Shown: positions 38,021-49,469 of the stretch, piece by piece
Position numbering within the stretch: position 1 is the stretch's first letter
Layout of the letters: each line of letters opens with the position of its first letter
NCBI GenBank assembly: GCA_041556855.1
Contig: JBFFHS010000003.1
Location: forward strand, 16,684-80,683
Length of the DNA: 64,000 bases
Origin: Gammaproteobacteria bacterium
GTDB lineage: Bacteria; Pseudomonadota; Gammaproteobacteria; Steroidobacterales; JBFFHS01
Direction of reading: 5' to 3'
Notes under the pieces: generated by a model
Database searches by the model: none
The model's input: only the letters and a program-made list of their open reading frames with translations
What the model was told of the DNA's origin: nothing
Translations under genes and position numbers: made by a program

Positions 38021-39037
38021 TCACGCGGCGGCCCGCGGCTGCGCCATCTGCAGTGCCAGGTCCGCCAGCGCATCCCAGGGCGCACCGGGCTGCACACCCT
38101 TGATCACGCGATCCGCGGCCGCAACCCGCCGCTGCAGCTGGGCGACAACGGCGCCGGACAGCCGCCCCAGGGCGTTGCTCACGAGCGGTTGGCGGCGACG
38201 CCACACGCCCTGCTGCTGCATGGCGCGGGCCGGCTGCTCGCCGGCGCTGAGCGCAAACTGTAGTCGTGCGAGCAGGGCCGCATCCCGAGCCAGGCTCCAC
38301 AGCACCAGGACCGGCTCCACACCCTCGCGCCGCAGGGCGCCCAGAATACGCAGCGCTCGCTGCCCATCGCCGACCAACACGGCGTCGCTCAGACCGTACA
38401 CATCGAAACGGGCGCTGTCGGCCACCGATGCCAGCACCGCTTTTTCATCCACGGCCACCGGCCCCACCAACATCGCGAGCTTGTCCAGCTCCTGAGCCGC
38501 TGCCAGCAGATTGCCCTCGGTACGCTCCACCAGCAACGCCACCGCGTCGCGATCCAGGCGCATACCCAGCCCGGCGGCGCGGCGTCTGATCCAGCTGGGC
38601 AGCTGACCCCGGTCCAAGGGCCAAACCTGAACGTGGACACCCTGCTCTTCCAGGCCGCGCACCCACTTCGACCGGCTTGCAGCGGCATCCAGTTTTGGCG
38701 TGACCACCAGCAGCAATCGATCCGGATCCGGCTGTTCCAGCAGCCGCAACAGGGCCTTGGCGCCGGCTTCCCCCGGGCGGGCGGTGGCAAGCCGCAGCTC
38801 GACCAGGCGTCGCGTGCTGAACAGGGACAGGTTGCTGACGCTGCCGCCCAGCGCCTGCCAGTCGAAGCCCCGCTCTATGATGGACAATTCCCGCTCGCCG
38901 AAGCCCGCCGCGCGGGCTGCGGCACGGATCCGATCGCAGCTCTCAGCCACCAGCAGCGGCTCATCACCGCTGACCAAAAAGGCGGCGCTCAAGCCCCGGG
39001 CGAGCTGTTGGTCCAGCTTGGCTGCGGATATCTTCAC
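38021..39037 (-). CDS. holA: DNA polymerase III delta subunit
   Basis: GTG 39037 gives VKISAAKLDQQLARGLSAAFLVSGDEPLLV. Lies upstream of nadD as in other gammaproteobacteria. Confidence 0.88.
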   Translation of the reverse strand: MKISAAKLDQQLARGLSAAFLVSGDEPLLVAESCDRIRAAARAAGFGERELSIIERGFDWQALGGSVSNLSLFSTRRLVELRLATARPGEAGAKALLRLLEQPDPDRLLLVVTPKLDAAASRSKWVRGLEEQGVHVQVWPLDRGQLPSWIRRRAAGLGMRLDRDAVALLVERTEGNLLAAAQELDKLAMLVGPVAVDEKAVLASVADSARFDVYGLSDAVLVGDGQRALRILGALRREGVEPVLVLWSLARDAALLARLQFALSAGEQPARAMQQQGVWRRRQPLVSNALGRLSGAVVAQLQRRVAAADRVIKGVQPGAPWDALADLALQMAQPRAAA

Positions 39038-39047
39038 CAAGCCCCGT

Positions 39048-39311
39048 TCAGGGATGCAGCTGGGACATATGAACGGCGCACTCCTCCAGCAGCACCGGAA
39101 TGCCGTCGCGAACCGGATAGGCCAGCTTGCCATCTTCGGTGACCAACCCTGCCTCCCAGGCCTCACTGAGCACAGCATCATCCCGGGACTTGATCTGGCG
39201 CGCCGCGATGCGCTGGTTGAGCTCGCTCAACTCACTGCTGGCGAGAATCCTTAACGGCACGTGGGTAACGGGGCAACAGACAATGTCGAGCAGCTTTCTG
39301 TCGAAGGTCAT
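39048..39311 (-). CDS. Trm112/UPF0434 family small protein
   Basis: 87 aa. N-terminal LLDIVCCPV.. and C-terminal AYPVRDGIPVLLEEC match the family pattern. Confidence 0.8.
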   Translation of the reverse strand: MTFDRKLLDIVCCPVTHVPLRILASSELSELNQRIAARQIKSRDDAVLSEAWEAGLVTEDGKLAYPVRDGIPVLLEECAVHMSQLHP

Positions 39312-39364
39312 CGAGACGGGGGGCTCAGCAGTTTTACCTGACTATAACGCGAATAGCAGGCGGG

Positions 39365-39649
39365 TTACGAGCCGCTGCGGGTGGGACGCCCCGCCGGCGC
39401 GCCCGGGGCATCGGGCACGGGGTCATAGCCCGCTGTTCCCCAGGGATGGCAACGCCCCAGGCGCCGCATGGTCAACCATCCACCGCGGATCAGGCCAAAC
39501 CGCTGGATCGCCTCGCGAGCGTACTCGGAGCAGGTCGGCAAGTGGCGGCAGTGGCTTCCAAGCAGGGGCGAGACGACCAGCTGATAGCCGCGAACCAGCT
39601 TCAGGGCCAGCCACGCCGGCCCGGTCGCCCAGATTCCTTGCCTGCTCAT
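39365..39649 (-). CDS. yidD: Membrane protein insertion efficiency factor YidD
   Basis: 94 aa. Sequence [35 protein letters not shown]...[17 protein letters not shown]. 4-nt overlap with the cysS stop. Confidence 0.88.
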   Translation of the reverse strand: MSRQGIWATGPAWLALKLVRGYQLVVSPLLGSHCRHLPTCSEYAREAIQRFGLIRGGWLTMRRLGRCHPWGTAGYDPVPDAPGAPAGRPTRSGS

Positions 39650-41022
39650 CGCGCGTGCCGCCAGCGGGTTCCGGCGGGACTGTCCTCAATCAGAATCCCG
39701 CGCGCTGCCAGATCGTCCCGGATGCGGTCCGCAGCGGCGAAGTCCCGAGCGCGCCGATGGGCCTCACGCTGAGCCAGCAGCGCCTCCACCGCCGCCGGCG
39801 TGAGCTCCCCCAGATCCCCCTGAGCGAACCAGGCCGCGGGATCCTGCTGTAGCAGCCCGAGCAGCCATCCACCGGCGCGCAGCGCCTGGGCTGCTGCTGC
39901 GGCGTTGCTGCCGACAGCACGATTGGCGGCCCGTGCCAACTCCGCTAACGCTGCCAGCGCCTTGGGCGTATTCAGATCATCCTCCAGGGCGTCCACCACA
40001 GGCGCGGGCAACTCAGCGGGTTCAACACCCTCGCCCGCAACCCCCGCGTCCCGCAGCGTGCCGTAGAGGCGATCCAGCCGATGACGGGCTTCATCCAGCA
40101 CCGAGTCGCTCCAATCCAGCGGTTGCCGATAGTGGGCCGTCAACAGCGCAAGCCGAATCACCTCACCGGGCGCCTCCCGCAACAGGTCGCGCACCAGCAG
40201 GACGTTGCCCAGGGACTTGGCCATTTTCTCTCGATTCACATTGAGAAAGCCGTTATGGACCCAGTAACGGCTGTAGGTTGCGCCAGCGTGAGCACAGGTG
40301 CTCTGGGCCAATTCGTTTTCGTGGTGAGGAAAAACCAGATCCTGGCCACCACCATGAATATCGATGGTCTCACCGAGATGGACCTCGGCCATGGTGGAGC
40401 ACTCGATGTGCCAGCCGGGCCGGCCGCGGCCCCAGGGGCTGGGCCAGCCCACGGTAGCTGCATTGGATGGCTTCCACAGCACGAAGTCCGCCGGATCCCG
40501 TTTGTAGGGCGCTACTTCAACGCGGGCGCCCGCCACCATGTCCTCGTGCTGGCGCCGTGAGAGCTGCCCATAGGCGGAAAAGCTGCCCACAGCGAACAGC
40601 ACATGGCCCTCGGCCTCGTAAGCGTGACCCGACTGAAGCAACCGCTCGATCATGGTAATGATGGCGGGAATGTGATCGGTGACGCAGGGTTCAACGTCCG
40701 GCGGGGCGACCCCCAACGCGGCCATGTCCTCGTGATAGGCGGCGGCAAAGCGTTCCGTAATGGCCCCAATGGGGACCTCCGCCGCCGCCGCGGCCGCGTT
40801 GATCTTGTCATCCACGTCGGTAATGTTGCGTGCGTACACCAGCGTATAGGAGCGCCGCAGGAGGCGCGCCAGCACGTCGAACACGACCGCCGGCCGGGCA
40901 TTGCCGATATGAGCAAAGTTGTACACGGTGGGCCCGCACACATACATGGTCACCCGCTCGGGGTCTGCAGGCTCGAAAACCTCCTCGCGGCGGGTGAGAG
41001 TGTTGTGCAGAACTAGAGGCAC
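39646..41022 (-). CDS. cysS: Cysteine--tRNA ligase
   Basis: 458 aa. Motifs [16 protein letters not shown] (HIGH) and KMAKSLGN (KMSKS). Confidence 0.96.
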   Translation of the reverse strand: MPLVLHNTLTRREEVFEPADPERVTMYVCGPTVYNFAHIGNARPAVVFDVLARLLRRSYTLVYARNITDVDDKINAAAAAAEVPIGAITERFAAAYHEDMAALGVAPPDVEPCVTDHIPAIITMIERLLQSGHAYEAEGHVLFAVGSFSAYGQLSRRQHEDMVAGARVEVAPYKRDPADFVLWKPSNAATVGWPSPWGRGRPGWHIECSTMAEVHLGETIDIHGGGQDLVFPHHENELAQSTCAHAGATYSRYWVHNGFLNVNREKMAKSLGNVLLVRDLLREAPGEVIRLALLTAHYRQPLDWSDSVLDEARHRLDRLYGTLRDAGVAGEGVEPAELPAPVVDALEDDLNTPKALAALAELARAANRAVGSNAAAAAQALRAGGWLLGLLQQDPAAWFAQGDLGELTPAAVEALLAQREAHRRARDFAAADRIRDDLAARGILIEDSPAGTRWRHAR

Positions 41023-41139
41023 CAGAGTAGCAGCAGGCGAACGGGGACAAGGGGCCCGTGATCATAGCAACTTAAGCCACGCCAGGCCCGATCACGTATA
41101 CTTGCCGCCCGGTAATGCGTTACGAGGCCGGCTGATCCA

Positions 41140-41604
41140 ATGAAGTTCGCCCCCCGCCTGACCATTGAGCAAGTTGAAGAAGGCCAGCAACTGGCGCCCC
41201 GGTTCGACGCCGACGGCCTGATTCCCGCCGTGACCACAGACTATGCAAGCGGCGAACTGCTTATGCATGGTTACATGAACCACGAAGCACTGCAGCTCAC
41301 CATCAAAACCGGTCAGGCCCACTATTTCAGCCGCAGCCGCCAGGCCCTGTGGCACAAGGGCGCTACCAGCGGCCTGGTGCAGACCGTGCGGGAGCTGATG
41401 GTGGATGATGATCAGGACTGTATCTGGCTGCGGGTGGACGTGGCGGGCGGCGCCAGCTGTCACGTGGGTTACCGCTCCTGCTTCTACCGCCGCATTCCCC
41501 TGGGTAGCGATCAGGATGAGGTGACCTTGGAATTCACCGACACCGAAAAGGTCTTCGACCCCGCTGAGATCTACGGCGACGCGCCCAACCCTACCAAGCT
41601 CTGA
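41140..41604 (+). CDS. hisI: Phosphoribosyl-AMP cyclohydrolase (monofunctional)
   Basis: 154 aa. Sequence [26 protein letters not shown]...[17 protein letters not shown]...DCIWLRV...[11 protein letters not shown]. Confidence 0.92.
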   Translation: MKFAPRLTIEQVEEGQQLAPRFDADGLIPAVTTDYASGELLMHGYMNHEALQLTIKTGQAHYFSRSRQALWHKGATSGLVQTVRELMVDDDQDCIWLRVDVAGGASCHVGYRSCFYRRIPLGSDQDEVTLEFTDTEKVFDPAEIYGDAPNPTKL

Positions 41605-41607
41605 AGC

Positions 41608-42123
41608 CTAGGCCCTGAGGCGCATGGTCGGCCGCCCCGCCTGATCGATCAGCTGCTTCTGCTGGAGCCAGCGACGCGCATCGCGCCCATCGCCATCAAA
41701 CCAGGCTGCAGCGCCACCCTCCCGAAAAGAATATCCCCAGGCATCCATGTCCTGGCACATGTGCTCCCGGCTGATGGGCGCGGGCAGCTGGTCCGCAAGC
41801 AGCACCTGCAAATAGCACACGGCGCACTCCTCCAGATCATCGCCGCCGGCATCACCCCAGAGGCGCGCGCGGCGCGCCGGCGACATGCACGCGTAGTGGG
41901 CCGCCTCGTGCAGGATGGAATGAATCGGCGTATCGCGGCGAGCGTACAGCACCGAACGGGCGAGTCCTGCCTCGGGAGCACCCCAGTAACTGGCAGGCAG
42001 TGGTGCACCGTCCGCCACCAGGCTGAGTGTCAAGCCAAGGCGGCCCAACAGCTGCCCCACGGGCGCCGGGTCCCTGTCACCCAACAGCAGGACAGCCTGC
42101 GGGGCCCGGGCGGGCGCCGGCAT
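41608..42123 (-). CDS. Hypothetical protein with an HExxH motif (possible minimal metallopeptidase)
   Basis: 171 aa from ATG 42123, 8 nt after the lptE stop. Sequence IHSILHEAAHYAC followed by DDLEE about 24 aa later (gluzincin-like spacing). I recognise no family for it. Confidence 0.6.
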   Translation of the reverse strand: MPAPARAPQAVLLLGDRDPAPVGQLLGRLGLTLSLVADGAPLPASYWGAPEAGLARSVLYARRDTPIHSILHEAAHYACMSPARRARLWGDAGGDDLEECAVCYLQVLLADQLPAPISREHMCQDMDAWGYSFREGGAAAWFDGDGRDARRWLQQKQLIDQAGRPTMRLRA

Positions 42124-42131
42124 AGCCGCGC

Positions 42132-42662
42132 TCAAGAGGCTGGAACCGGGGCCGCCGAGCTCAAGCGCCGCAGCACCAGGCGGGCCAGGTCATCGGCCAG
42201 CGCCGCCTGTATGCTCTGTTGCTCCAGGCTCTTACCCAGCACCTGGGTCTCGTCAAACGTGTAGCTGCGCGTCACGGCGAACTCCTGGTTGGTGATCAGG
42301 GGCCCTGCCTCGCCTTGCAGGGCAAAGGCCACCACATAGAACACCTCGTATTCCCGCGGGATATTGCGCGCCGACACGGACAGCACCCGCTGCCCGGTGG
42401 AATCCTCCAGAATGCGCAGAACCGCCGTCGCCGTGGAACGTTGCTCGGTCACGGTGACGCCCTGCTGGGTGAGGCCCTTGCGCAGCGCCCGGTAAAAATC
42501 CGAATAGGGATCCGTGGTCTCGATAAAGGTGGTCTGCATGGCACCGGGCAGTGGCTGGGCGCCCGCCAACTGGAAACCACAGCCGGTCTGCGCCGCCAGG
42601 CCTACAGCCAGCGCCCCCGCAGCCAGTGCCTGCCCGCGCTTTGTCCATCGCACCCTGCTCAT
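42132..42662 (-). CDS. lptE: LPS-assembly lipoprotein LptE
   Basis: ATG 42662 gives [34 protein letters not shown]. The signal peptide with Cys followed by GFQL is typical of LptE/RlpB. Confidence 0.82.
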   Translation of the reverse strand: MSRVRWTKRGQALAAGALAVGLAAQTGCGFQLAGAQPLPGAMQTTFIETTDPYSDFYRALRKGLTQQGVTVTEQRSTATAVLRILEDSTGQRVLSVSARNIPREYEVFYVVAFALQGEAGPLITNQEFAVTRSYTFDETQVLGKSLEQQSIQAALADDLARLVLRRLSSAAPVPAS

Positions 42663-42815
42663 GCGGGGCAAGCCTACGGACTCGCCCCCGTGGTTTCAAA
42701 TCGGCGTCGCCGGCGCTGGAGGAAGGCTTTGAATGCGGTGCTTTTTCTGCAAAGATCGGGCACGTTCCGCGGGTGCCTACTGGGGCCTGCCCAATCCCAC
42801 TACCGCATACCGCCG

Positions 42816-45416
42816 ATGGCCGCATACCCCTTTGACCAGATCGAGCCGAAATGGCAACGCTACTGGGAAACCCATAAGACCTTCCGCACGCCGGCGGCGA
42901 TCGACACGTCCCGGCCGAAGTACTACGTGCTGGATATGTTCCCCTACCCCAGCGGCGCCGGACTGCACGTGGGGCATCCCGAGGGCTACACAGCTACCGA
43001 CATCATGGCCCGCTACAAAAGGATGCGTGGTTACAACGTGCTGCACCCCATCGGCTGGGATGCCTTTGGCCTTCCCGCAGAGCAGTACGCAGTGCGCACC
43101 GGCACCCATCCACGCATCACCACGGAAAACAACATCGCCCGCTTCCGGGAGCAGCTTCAGTCTTTAGGGTTTGCCTACGATTGGGATCGCGAGGTGAATA
43201 CCACGGATCCCGCTTACTACAAGTGGACCCAGTGGATTTTTGCTGAGCTTTTCAAACGCGGCCTCGCCTATCAGAGTGAACAGCCGGTCTGGTGGTGCCC
43301 CGAATTGGGCACTACCTTGGCCAACGAGGAGGTCATTGACGGCAAATCGGAGGTGGGCGGCTTCGACTGCGTGCGCCGGCCGCTGCGCCAGTGGGTGCTG
43401 AAGATCACCGCCTACGCGGACCAGCTGCTGGAAGGGCTGGATGAGTTGGACTGGCCCACCAGCACTAAGGAGATGCAGCGCAACTGGATCGGTCGCAGCG
43501 AAGGAGCCGATATCGATTTCCCGGTTCAGGGATCCGACAACGAGACGCTGCGCGTCTTCACGACGCGACCGGATACTATCTTCGGCGCGACATATATGGT
43601 GCTCGCACCGGAGCATCCGCTGGTAGATGCGTTGACCACCAGCGCCCAGCGTGACGCCGTGAATCGCTATCGTGCGGAGGCAGCGGGCAAGAGCGAGCTG
43701 GAACGAACGGAGTTGCAGAAGCGCAAAACCGGCGTGCCAACCGGTGCCTATGCCATTAATCCAGCGACGCAAGGGCCGATTCCCATCTGGATCGCCGACT
43801 ACGTCCTGGCCAGCTACGGCACCGGCGCCATCATGGCGGTGCCCGGCCAGGACGAGCGCGACTGGGAGTTTGCCGAAAACTACGAGCTGCCCATTGTTCG
43901 CACGGTGCAACCGCCGGAAGACTTTACCGGCAAGGCCTATCTGGGTGATGGCCCGGCGATCAACTCAGGCTTTCTGGACGGCCTGACTGTTGCTGCAGCC
44001 AAGGAACGCATCATCGCCTGGCTGGAGGAACGGGGCCAGGGCACAAAGCGCGTGAACTACAAGCTGCGGGATTGGCTGTTCTCTCGCCAGCGCTACTGGG
44101 GTGAACCCTTTCCCGTTCTGTTCGCGGGTGACCAGCCGGAACTGGTGCCCGACGACGAGCTGCCCGTCACGCTGCCAGAGTTGGAGGATTTCAAGCCCAG
44201 CGGCAGTCCCGAAGGACCCCTGGCGCTGGCCGGGGACTGGCTGGACGCCACCACGGCATCGGGGCAGGCGGCGCGCCGGGAAACCAACACCATGCCCCAG
44301 TGGGCAGGCTCCTGCTGGTATTTTCTGCGCTACATAGACCCCCACAACCCGGATCAGCTGGTAGATCCGGAGCTGGAGCGCTACTGGATGCCGGTGGACC
44401 TGTACGTCGGCGGCGCCGAGCACGCGGTCTTGCACCTGCTCTACGCCCGCTTCTGGCACAAGGTGCTGTACGACGCTGGCGTCGTGTCCACACCCGAGCC
44501 CTTTGTAAAACTGATCCACCAGGGCATGATCCTGGGTGAACTGGAATACACCCGTTACAGCGTGGGGGGTGTTGCCGTCTCGGCTGCCGAGGTCCGTGAC
44601 GGTGTTCGCGTCAGCGACGGCAGCAGCGTCACAACCGAACGGGTTAGTGAAGACGAGGTGGTCAAGGATGGTGACCATTTCGTGCTCAAGGACGCGCCCG
44701 GCATCCAAGTGGATGCGCGCGCCTACAAGATGAGCAAGAGCCGCGGCAACGTCATCAACCCGGACGAGGTGATCAAGCGCTACGGGGCCGATTCATTCCG
44801 ACTCTACGAGATGTTCATGGGGCCCTTGGAGCAGGTGAAGCCCTGGAGCACTCGTGGTGTTGAGGGAACTCACCGCTTCCTGAACCGGGTCTGGCGGCTG
44901 TTGATGGACGGCGACGAGCTTCGGGACACCATCACAACCGATAGGCCGGATGGGGAACAACTGCGGGCCCTGCATCAGACCATCCGCAAGGTTACTGACG
45001 ACATCGAGGCCATGCGTTTCAATACCGCCATTTCCGCCATGATGGAGTTTGTGAATACGGCCAACAAATGGGTTGCGCTGTCCAGATCCGTCGCCGCGGA
45101 CTTCCTGCTGATTCTCAGTCCGTTTGCCCCCCACCTGGGCGAAGAACTGTGGCGACGCCTGGGGCACGAGCAATCCCTGGCCAATGAGCCGTGGCCCGAG
45201 GCGGACGAGCGTTACCTTAAAGCCGACACCATCGCGTTGGCTGTGCAGGTCAACGGTAAGGTACGCGGAAAAATCACCGTATCGGCGAGCGCGCCTGAAG
45301 AAGAAGTATTGGCCGCGGCGAGGGCCGACGCCAACGTCACCCGGCACCTGGCGGGTAAGTCCGTGCGCCGGGAAGTTTACGTTCCCGGGCGAATCGTGAA
45401 TTTCGTGGTCGGCTAA
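42816..45416 (+). CDS. leuS: Leucine--tRNA ligase
   Basis: ATG 42816 gives [18 protein letters not shown]. Motifs [13 protein letters not shown] (HIGH) and KMSKSRGN. The 199 codons upstream in the track ORF are antisense to lptE. Confidence 0.96.
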   Translation: MAAYPFDQIEPKWQRYWETHKTFRTPAAIDTSRPKYYVLDMFPYPSGAGLHVGHPEGYTATDIMARYKRMRGYNVLHPIGWDAFGLPAEQYAVRTGTHPRITTENNIARFREQLQSLGFAYDWDREVNTTDPAYYKWTQWIFAELFKRGLAYQSEQPVWWCPELGTTLANEEVIDGKSEVGGFDCVRRPLRQWVLKITAYADQLLEGLDELDWPTSTKEMQRNWIGRSEGADIDFPVQGSDNETLRVFTTRPDTIFGATYMVLAPEHPLVDALTTSAQRDAVNRYRAEAAGKSELERTELQKRKTGVPTGAYAINPATQGPIPIWIADYVLASYGTGAIMAVPGQDERDWEFAENYELPIVRTVQPPEDFTGKAYLGDGPAINSGFLDGLTVAAAKERIIAWLEERGQGTKRVNYKLRDWLFSRQRYWGEPFPVLFAGDQPELVPDDELPVTLPELEDFKPSGSPEGPLALAGDWLDATTASGQAARRETNTMPQWAGSCWYFLRYIDPHNPDQLVDPELERYWMPVDLYVGGAEHAVLHLLYARFWHKVLYDAGVVSTPEPFVKLIHQGMILGELEYTRYSVGGVAVSAAEVRDGVRVSDGSSVTTERVSEDEVVKDGDHFVLKDAPGIQVDARAYKMSKSRGNVINPDEVIKRYGADSFRLYEMFMGPLEQVKPWSTRGVEGTHRFLNRVWRLLMDGDELRDTITTDRPDGEQLRALHQTIRKVTDDIEAMRFNTAISAMMEFVNTANKWVALSRSVAADFLLILSPFAPHLGEELWRRLGHEQSLANEPWPEADERYLKADTIALAVQVNGKVRGKITVSASAPEEEVLAAARADANVTRHLAGKSVRREVYVPGRIVNFVVG

Positions 45417-46915
45417 CCCACCGCCAGCGGCTGCGCCTGGGCGCGGCGCCAGCCGTAGATCCCCAGCAGCAAGACCACCACGCTGCTCAGAACGGGCCAA
45501 TCCCCCCAGCGGGCGTAAGGCGTTGCCCCCGTGTAGCCCTGCACCGCGGCCCGCAACACCTGGGTGGAGAATTGGGGCACCTGGGCGGTGACTGTCCCCC
45601 GCGGATCGATCACCGCCGTGATTCCGGTGTTGGTGGCGCGCAGAAGATAGCGACCCGCCTCCGCAGCGCGGACCCGGGCGATCTGCAGATGCTGATGGGG
45701 CGCCAGCGAATTACCAAACCAGGCGTCGTTGCTGACGTTGACCAGCATCGTGGCGCCGGGCAGATAGTGACGTTGCTCGGCGCCGAAGACATCCTCGTAG
45801 CAGATCATCAGACCCAGAGTCTGGCCGGCAATGGTCAGAGCCGGCTGATCGGGCGCGCCCGGCACCGCATCGGTGTAGGGCAAGCTCATCAGACGCATCC
45901 AGCGTCTGACGAAGGCGGGCACCGGGAAGTACTCGCCAAAGGGAACGAGGTGACGCTTAACGTAGAAGGACGGGGGATCCGTGAGCGCCACCACCGTATT
46001 TTGAAACGTGCCCCCGCCAGGGTCTTTGCGCAGAATCCCCAGCAGCACCCGCATACCGCGTGCCGCGGCCTGCTGCTGCACCTCCGCAAGGTAGCCGCTG
46101 ACGTTGTGAAACAGCGCCGGTATCGCCGCTTCCGGCCAGACCACCAGGTCCACGCCCCGCTGATCCAGCGTCAGGTCACGGTACATGGTCATGGTCGGTG
46201 TCAGTTGCTGCGGTAGCCACTTCTGATCCTGTGGCACGGCACCCTGCACCAGAGCCACCCGCAACGGCTCGCCGCTAGGCGCAATCCACTGCGGGAGCGA
46301 AGCCAGGTAGCCGCCGCCCCAGACCGCCACCATGATGATGACCGCCACTGCCCGGGCCTGAGCCGAACCCCGAATCACGGTCGCGAGCGCCCCGGCGGTG
46401 ACTATCACCGCCCACGACATGCCGAGCACACCCGCAAATGGCGCGTAACCCAACAGCACAGACTCGGTCTGAGAGTACCCCGGCGCCAGCCAACCGAAGC
46501 CGCTGAGAAACCAGCCGCGGCACCACTCCATCAGCACCCACAGGGCCGGCACGCTGAGCAGCCAGCCCACCGGACCGCCGTCCAGTTCCAGGCGGGCGAC
46601 TACCCAGCCCACCACCGCCACGTAGCTCGCCAGAATAACGATCATGCCGACCGTCACCAGCAACGCCACGGCGAGCGGTGCCTGGCCAAAATCATGCACG
46701 CTTACGTAGACCCAGGAAGTCCCCACGCCGAACAAGCCGACGCCGAAGGCGAAGCCGATGCCGAAGGCGGCAGCCGGCGGCGCGCCGCGCCACAGCAGCA
46801 GCAGCAGCGCATAACATACCGGCGCCAGCAGGAACCAGTGCAGGGGCGCGAAGGCGAGCGGCAGGCAACCGCCCGCCAGCAGCGCAGCCAGCGGCTTCAC
46901 ATAGGGACGGGACAC
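45413..46915 (-). CDS. lnt: Apolipoprotein N-acyltransferase
   Basis: 500 aa. Multi-TM N-terminus and a C-N hydrolase domain (VVWPEAA, LMICYE). Confidence 0.93.
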   Translation of the reverse strand: MSRPYVKPLAALLAGGCLPLAFAPLHWFLLAPVCYALLLLLWRGAPPAAAFGIGFAFGVGLFGVGTSWVYVSVHDFGQAPLAVALLVTVGMIVILASYVAVVGWVVARLELDGGPVGWLLSVPALWVLMEWCRGWFLSGFGWLAPGYSQTESVLLGYAPFAGVLGMSWAVIVTAGALATVIRGSAQARAVAVIIMVAVWGGGYLASLPQWIAPSGEPLRVALVQGAVPQDQKWLPQQLTPTMTMYRDLTLDQRGVDLVVWPEAAIPALFHNVSGYLAEVQQQAAARGMRVLLGILRKDPGGGTFQNTVVALTDPPSFYVKRHLVPFGEYFPVPAFVRRWMRLMSLPYTDAVPGAPDQPALTIAGQTLGLMICYEDVFGAEQRHYLPGATMLVNVSNDAWFGNSLAPHQHLQIARVRAAEAGRYLLRATNTGITAVIDPRGTVTAQVPQFSTQVLRAAVQGYTGATPYARWGDWPVLSSVVVLLLGIYGWRRAQAQPLAVG

Positions 46916-46924
46916 GAAAATCGG

Positions 46925-47812
46925 TCAGCCGGTCTCATGCTGGCCGCCGGTTTCACCAGTCTGGGCCAGGTGAGTCACTTCCAGGGACTCGATCCGGCGC
47001 CGGTCGGCGCGCAAAACCTTAAAGCTAAAACCGGCATGTTCGAGGATCTCGCCGCGACGGGGCAAACGGCCCAGCTCATGCATGACGAGCCCGCCAACGG
47101 TGTCGTATTCCTCGTCATCCAGGGCGGTGCTGAAGTACTCGTTGAAATCTTCTATCCGCGTTAGAGCGCGGACCAGATAACGATCATCATCCTGCTGCTG
47201 GATATATTCCGCCTCTTCGGGATCATGCTCGTCATCGATGTCGCCGACAATCTGCTCGAGCACGTCTTCGATAGTGGCCAGACCTGCTACGCCGCCGTAC
47301 TCATCCACCACGATGGCCATGTGGTTGTGGCTTTCGCGAAACTCGGCCAGCAAGGTACTGAGGCGCTTGCTTTCGGGAATGAATACCACCGGTCGCAACA
47401 GCTTGTTCAGCTCCAGGGGATGCTCCTCATCCACCGCGCCGAAGCTGCGCAACAGATCCTTAGCCAACAGGATCCCGATCACCTCGTCCCGATCCTCGCC
47501 GATCACAGGGAATCGAGAATGGCCGGATTGGACGATGGATTTGAGCAATGCCTTCGGATCGGCGTCGTGCTCAAGTACGACCATATGAGAACGCGGAATC
47601 ATGATGTCCCGCACCTTGGTCTCGGAAACTTCCAGAACACCCTGGAGCATGCGGTATTCACCGGGTTCCAGCAGGCCCTGGCCGCGGCAGTCACCGAGAA
47701 ACTCTAAAATCCCGCCCCGTCCCTGCGGGTGATCGCCGCGCCGGGGAAACAGGCGCTGCCACCAGCCAGGCCGAGCGGGCTCGCTACTACTGGGAGGATG
47801 GTCGTCGGACAT
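46925..47812 (-). CDS. corC: HlyC/CorC family transporter-associated protein (CBS pair plus CorC_HlyC domains)
   Basis: Fits the miaB-phoH-ybeY-corC-lnt synteny. ATG 47812 is preferred over the TTG at 47815. Confidence 0.9.
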   Translation of the reverse strand: MSDDHPPSSSEPARPGWWQRLFPRRGDHPQGRGGILEFLGDCRGQGLLEPGEYRMLQGVLEVSETKVRDIMIPRSHMVVLEHDADPKALLKSIVQSGHSRFPVIGEDRDEVIGILLAKDLLRSFGAVDEEHPLELNKLLRPVVFIPESKRLSTLLAEFRESHNHMAIVVDEYGGVAGLATIEDVLEQIVGDIDDEHDPEEAEYIQQQDDDRYLVRALTRIEDFNEYFSTALDDEEYDTVGGLVMHELGRLPRRGEILEHAGFSFKVLRADRRRIESLEVTHLAQTGETGGQHETG

Positions 47813-47957
47813 CAAACGGCCCGGAGCTCGCGACCTGCCGCGGGTAGCACGGGGTTCTCAGGGCGGTTCACCAGGGGCCTGTCGGAGGCACGCTCATAGC
47901 ACGTTTATCTTGCAACGCGGCGCGCCGGCTTGGCAAGGCATGGGATCTGAAACGACC

Positions 47958-48431
47958 CTAGGCATAGGGATCCTCATAGCCCAGGCGGGCCAACAGTTCC
48001 GTCTCCCGACCTTCCATTTCCTGCGCTTCAGCCGGCTCTTGATGATCCCAGCCGCTCAGATGCAGGCAGCCGTGCACCACCAAGTGGGCCCAGTGGGCTT
48101 CCTCGGGTATGCCGCGCCGCCGCGCCTCCGCCCGAACCACGGCGGCGCAGATGACCAGGTCACCGATGGGCGCGGCCTCTCCGGCGGGCAGCGCAACGCC
48201 CACCGACCCGGCCGGAAAAGCCAGCACATTGGTCGGGTTGTCCTGGCCCCGGTAGCGCGCGTTGAGCGCCCGACTTTCCGCCCCATCCACAATCCGCACA
48301 GTGACCTCGCCCGCTTCGCCCTCGGCCTCACCAAGGGCCGCCCGCACCCAGCGGGCAAAGCAGGCTGCATCGGGCAGCGCCAGTACGCCGGACGGATTTT
48401 GCACCACCACCGCGAGAGGCCGCTCAGACAC
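47958..48431 (-). CDS. ybeY: rRNA maturation endoribonuclease YbeY
   Basis: 157 aa with a GTG start. Zinc motif HLVVHGCLHLSGWDH. Confidence 0.93.
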   Translation of the reverse strand: MSERPLAVVVQNPSGVLALPDAACFARWVRAALGEAEGEAGEVTVRIVDGAESRALNARYRGQDNPTNVLAFPAGSVGVALPAGEAAPIGDLVICAAVVRAEARRRGIPEEAHWAHLVVHGCLHLSGWDHQEPAEAQEMEGRETELLARLGYEDPYA

Positions 48432-48437
48432 GCACGC

Positions 48438-49469
48438 TCAGCCTGGCGAGTCGGCAGCGTCTGGTCCGGCGGCCGGCTCGGGCTGATCCTTTTCGTAGGC
48501 CTCCACGATCCGCTGCACCAGCGGATGCCGCACCACATCGCGCGCGGTAAAGTTGACGAAACTGATGCCCTCAATACTGCCCAGAACACGAACGACGTGG
48601 CGTAACCCGGACTCTCTTCCCTTGGGCAGATCGGTCTGGGTGACATCTCCGGTCACCACGGCGCGAGAACCGAAACCGATCCGGGTTAAAAACATCTTCA
48701 TCTGCTCGATCGTGGTGTTCTGAGCCTCGTCCATGATCACGAAGGCGTCGTTCAGGCTCCGGCCCCGCATGAAGGCCAGGGGCGCTATTTCAATAATGTT
48801 GCGCTCGATGAGCCTGCCCACTCGTTCAAACCCCATCATCTCGTAGAGCGCGTCGTACATGGGTCGCAGGTACGGGTCCACCTTCTGGGACATGTCACCG
48901 GGCAAGAAACCCAGCCGCTCACCCGCCTCCACCGCCGGGCGCACCAGCACAATGCGTCGCGCGTCATCGGTTTCCAGCGCCGCCACACCGGCCGCGACGG
49001 CGAGGTAAGTCTTGCCGGTCCCGGCCGGGCCGATACCAAACGTCAGGTCGGTGGTCTTGATCGCCCTCAGGTAGGCGCGCTGATTGGGGCCGCGGGCCTT
49101 GATACGCCGTCGGCGGGTCTGCACCACATCCCTGTCGCCCTCCTCAGCTGGTACCGCCGCACGATCGTCCCGGGCATTCTCCTGCAGCGCCATGTGCACC
49201 CGCTCTGGATCGACATGCTCGGTCGCCGCCAGCGCGAACAGGTCTTCCAGAACCCGTTTGCCGGCCCGGATCGCAGTCTCGGATCCACTCAACTGGAAGC
49301 GGTTGCCCCGGTTATTAATGCTGATCTCCAGGCGCGCTTCAATCTGGCGCAGATGCTCATCGAACTGACCGCACACGTTAGCCAAGCGCCGCTGGTCGTC
49401 TGGATCGAGAACCACCTCCAGAGCGCCGGACGGATCTGCTTGGGATTCAGGCAACTGAACGACGAGCAT
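48438..49469 (-). CDS. phoH: PhoH-like ATPase (YbeZ)
   Basis: 343 aa. Walker A is GPAGTGKT, with motif [20 protein letters not shown]. Its first 23 nt overlap the miaB 3' end. Confidence 0.93.
   Translation of the reverse strand: MLVVQLPESQADPSGALEVVLDPDDQRRLANVCGQFDEHLRQIEARLEISINNRGNRFQLSGSETAIRAGKRVLEDLFALAATEHVDPERVHMALQENARDDRAAVPAEEGDRDVVQTRRRRIKARGPNQRAYLRAIKTTDLTFGIGPAGTGKTYLAVAAGVAALETDDARRIVLVRPAVEAGERLGFLPGDMSQKVDPYLRPMYDALYEMMGFERVGRLIERNIIEIAPLAFMRGRSLNDAFVIMDEAQNTTIEQMKMFLTRIGFGSRAVVTGDVTQTDLPKGRESGLRHVVRVLGSIEGISFVNFTARDVVRHPLVQRIVEAYEKDQPEPAAGPDAADSPG

Noticed and set aside
42219-42815. N-terminal 199 codons of the 1065-aa leuS track ORF
   Set aside because: It overlaps lptE in antisense. 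The canonical LeuRS N-terminus starts at ATG 42816.
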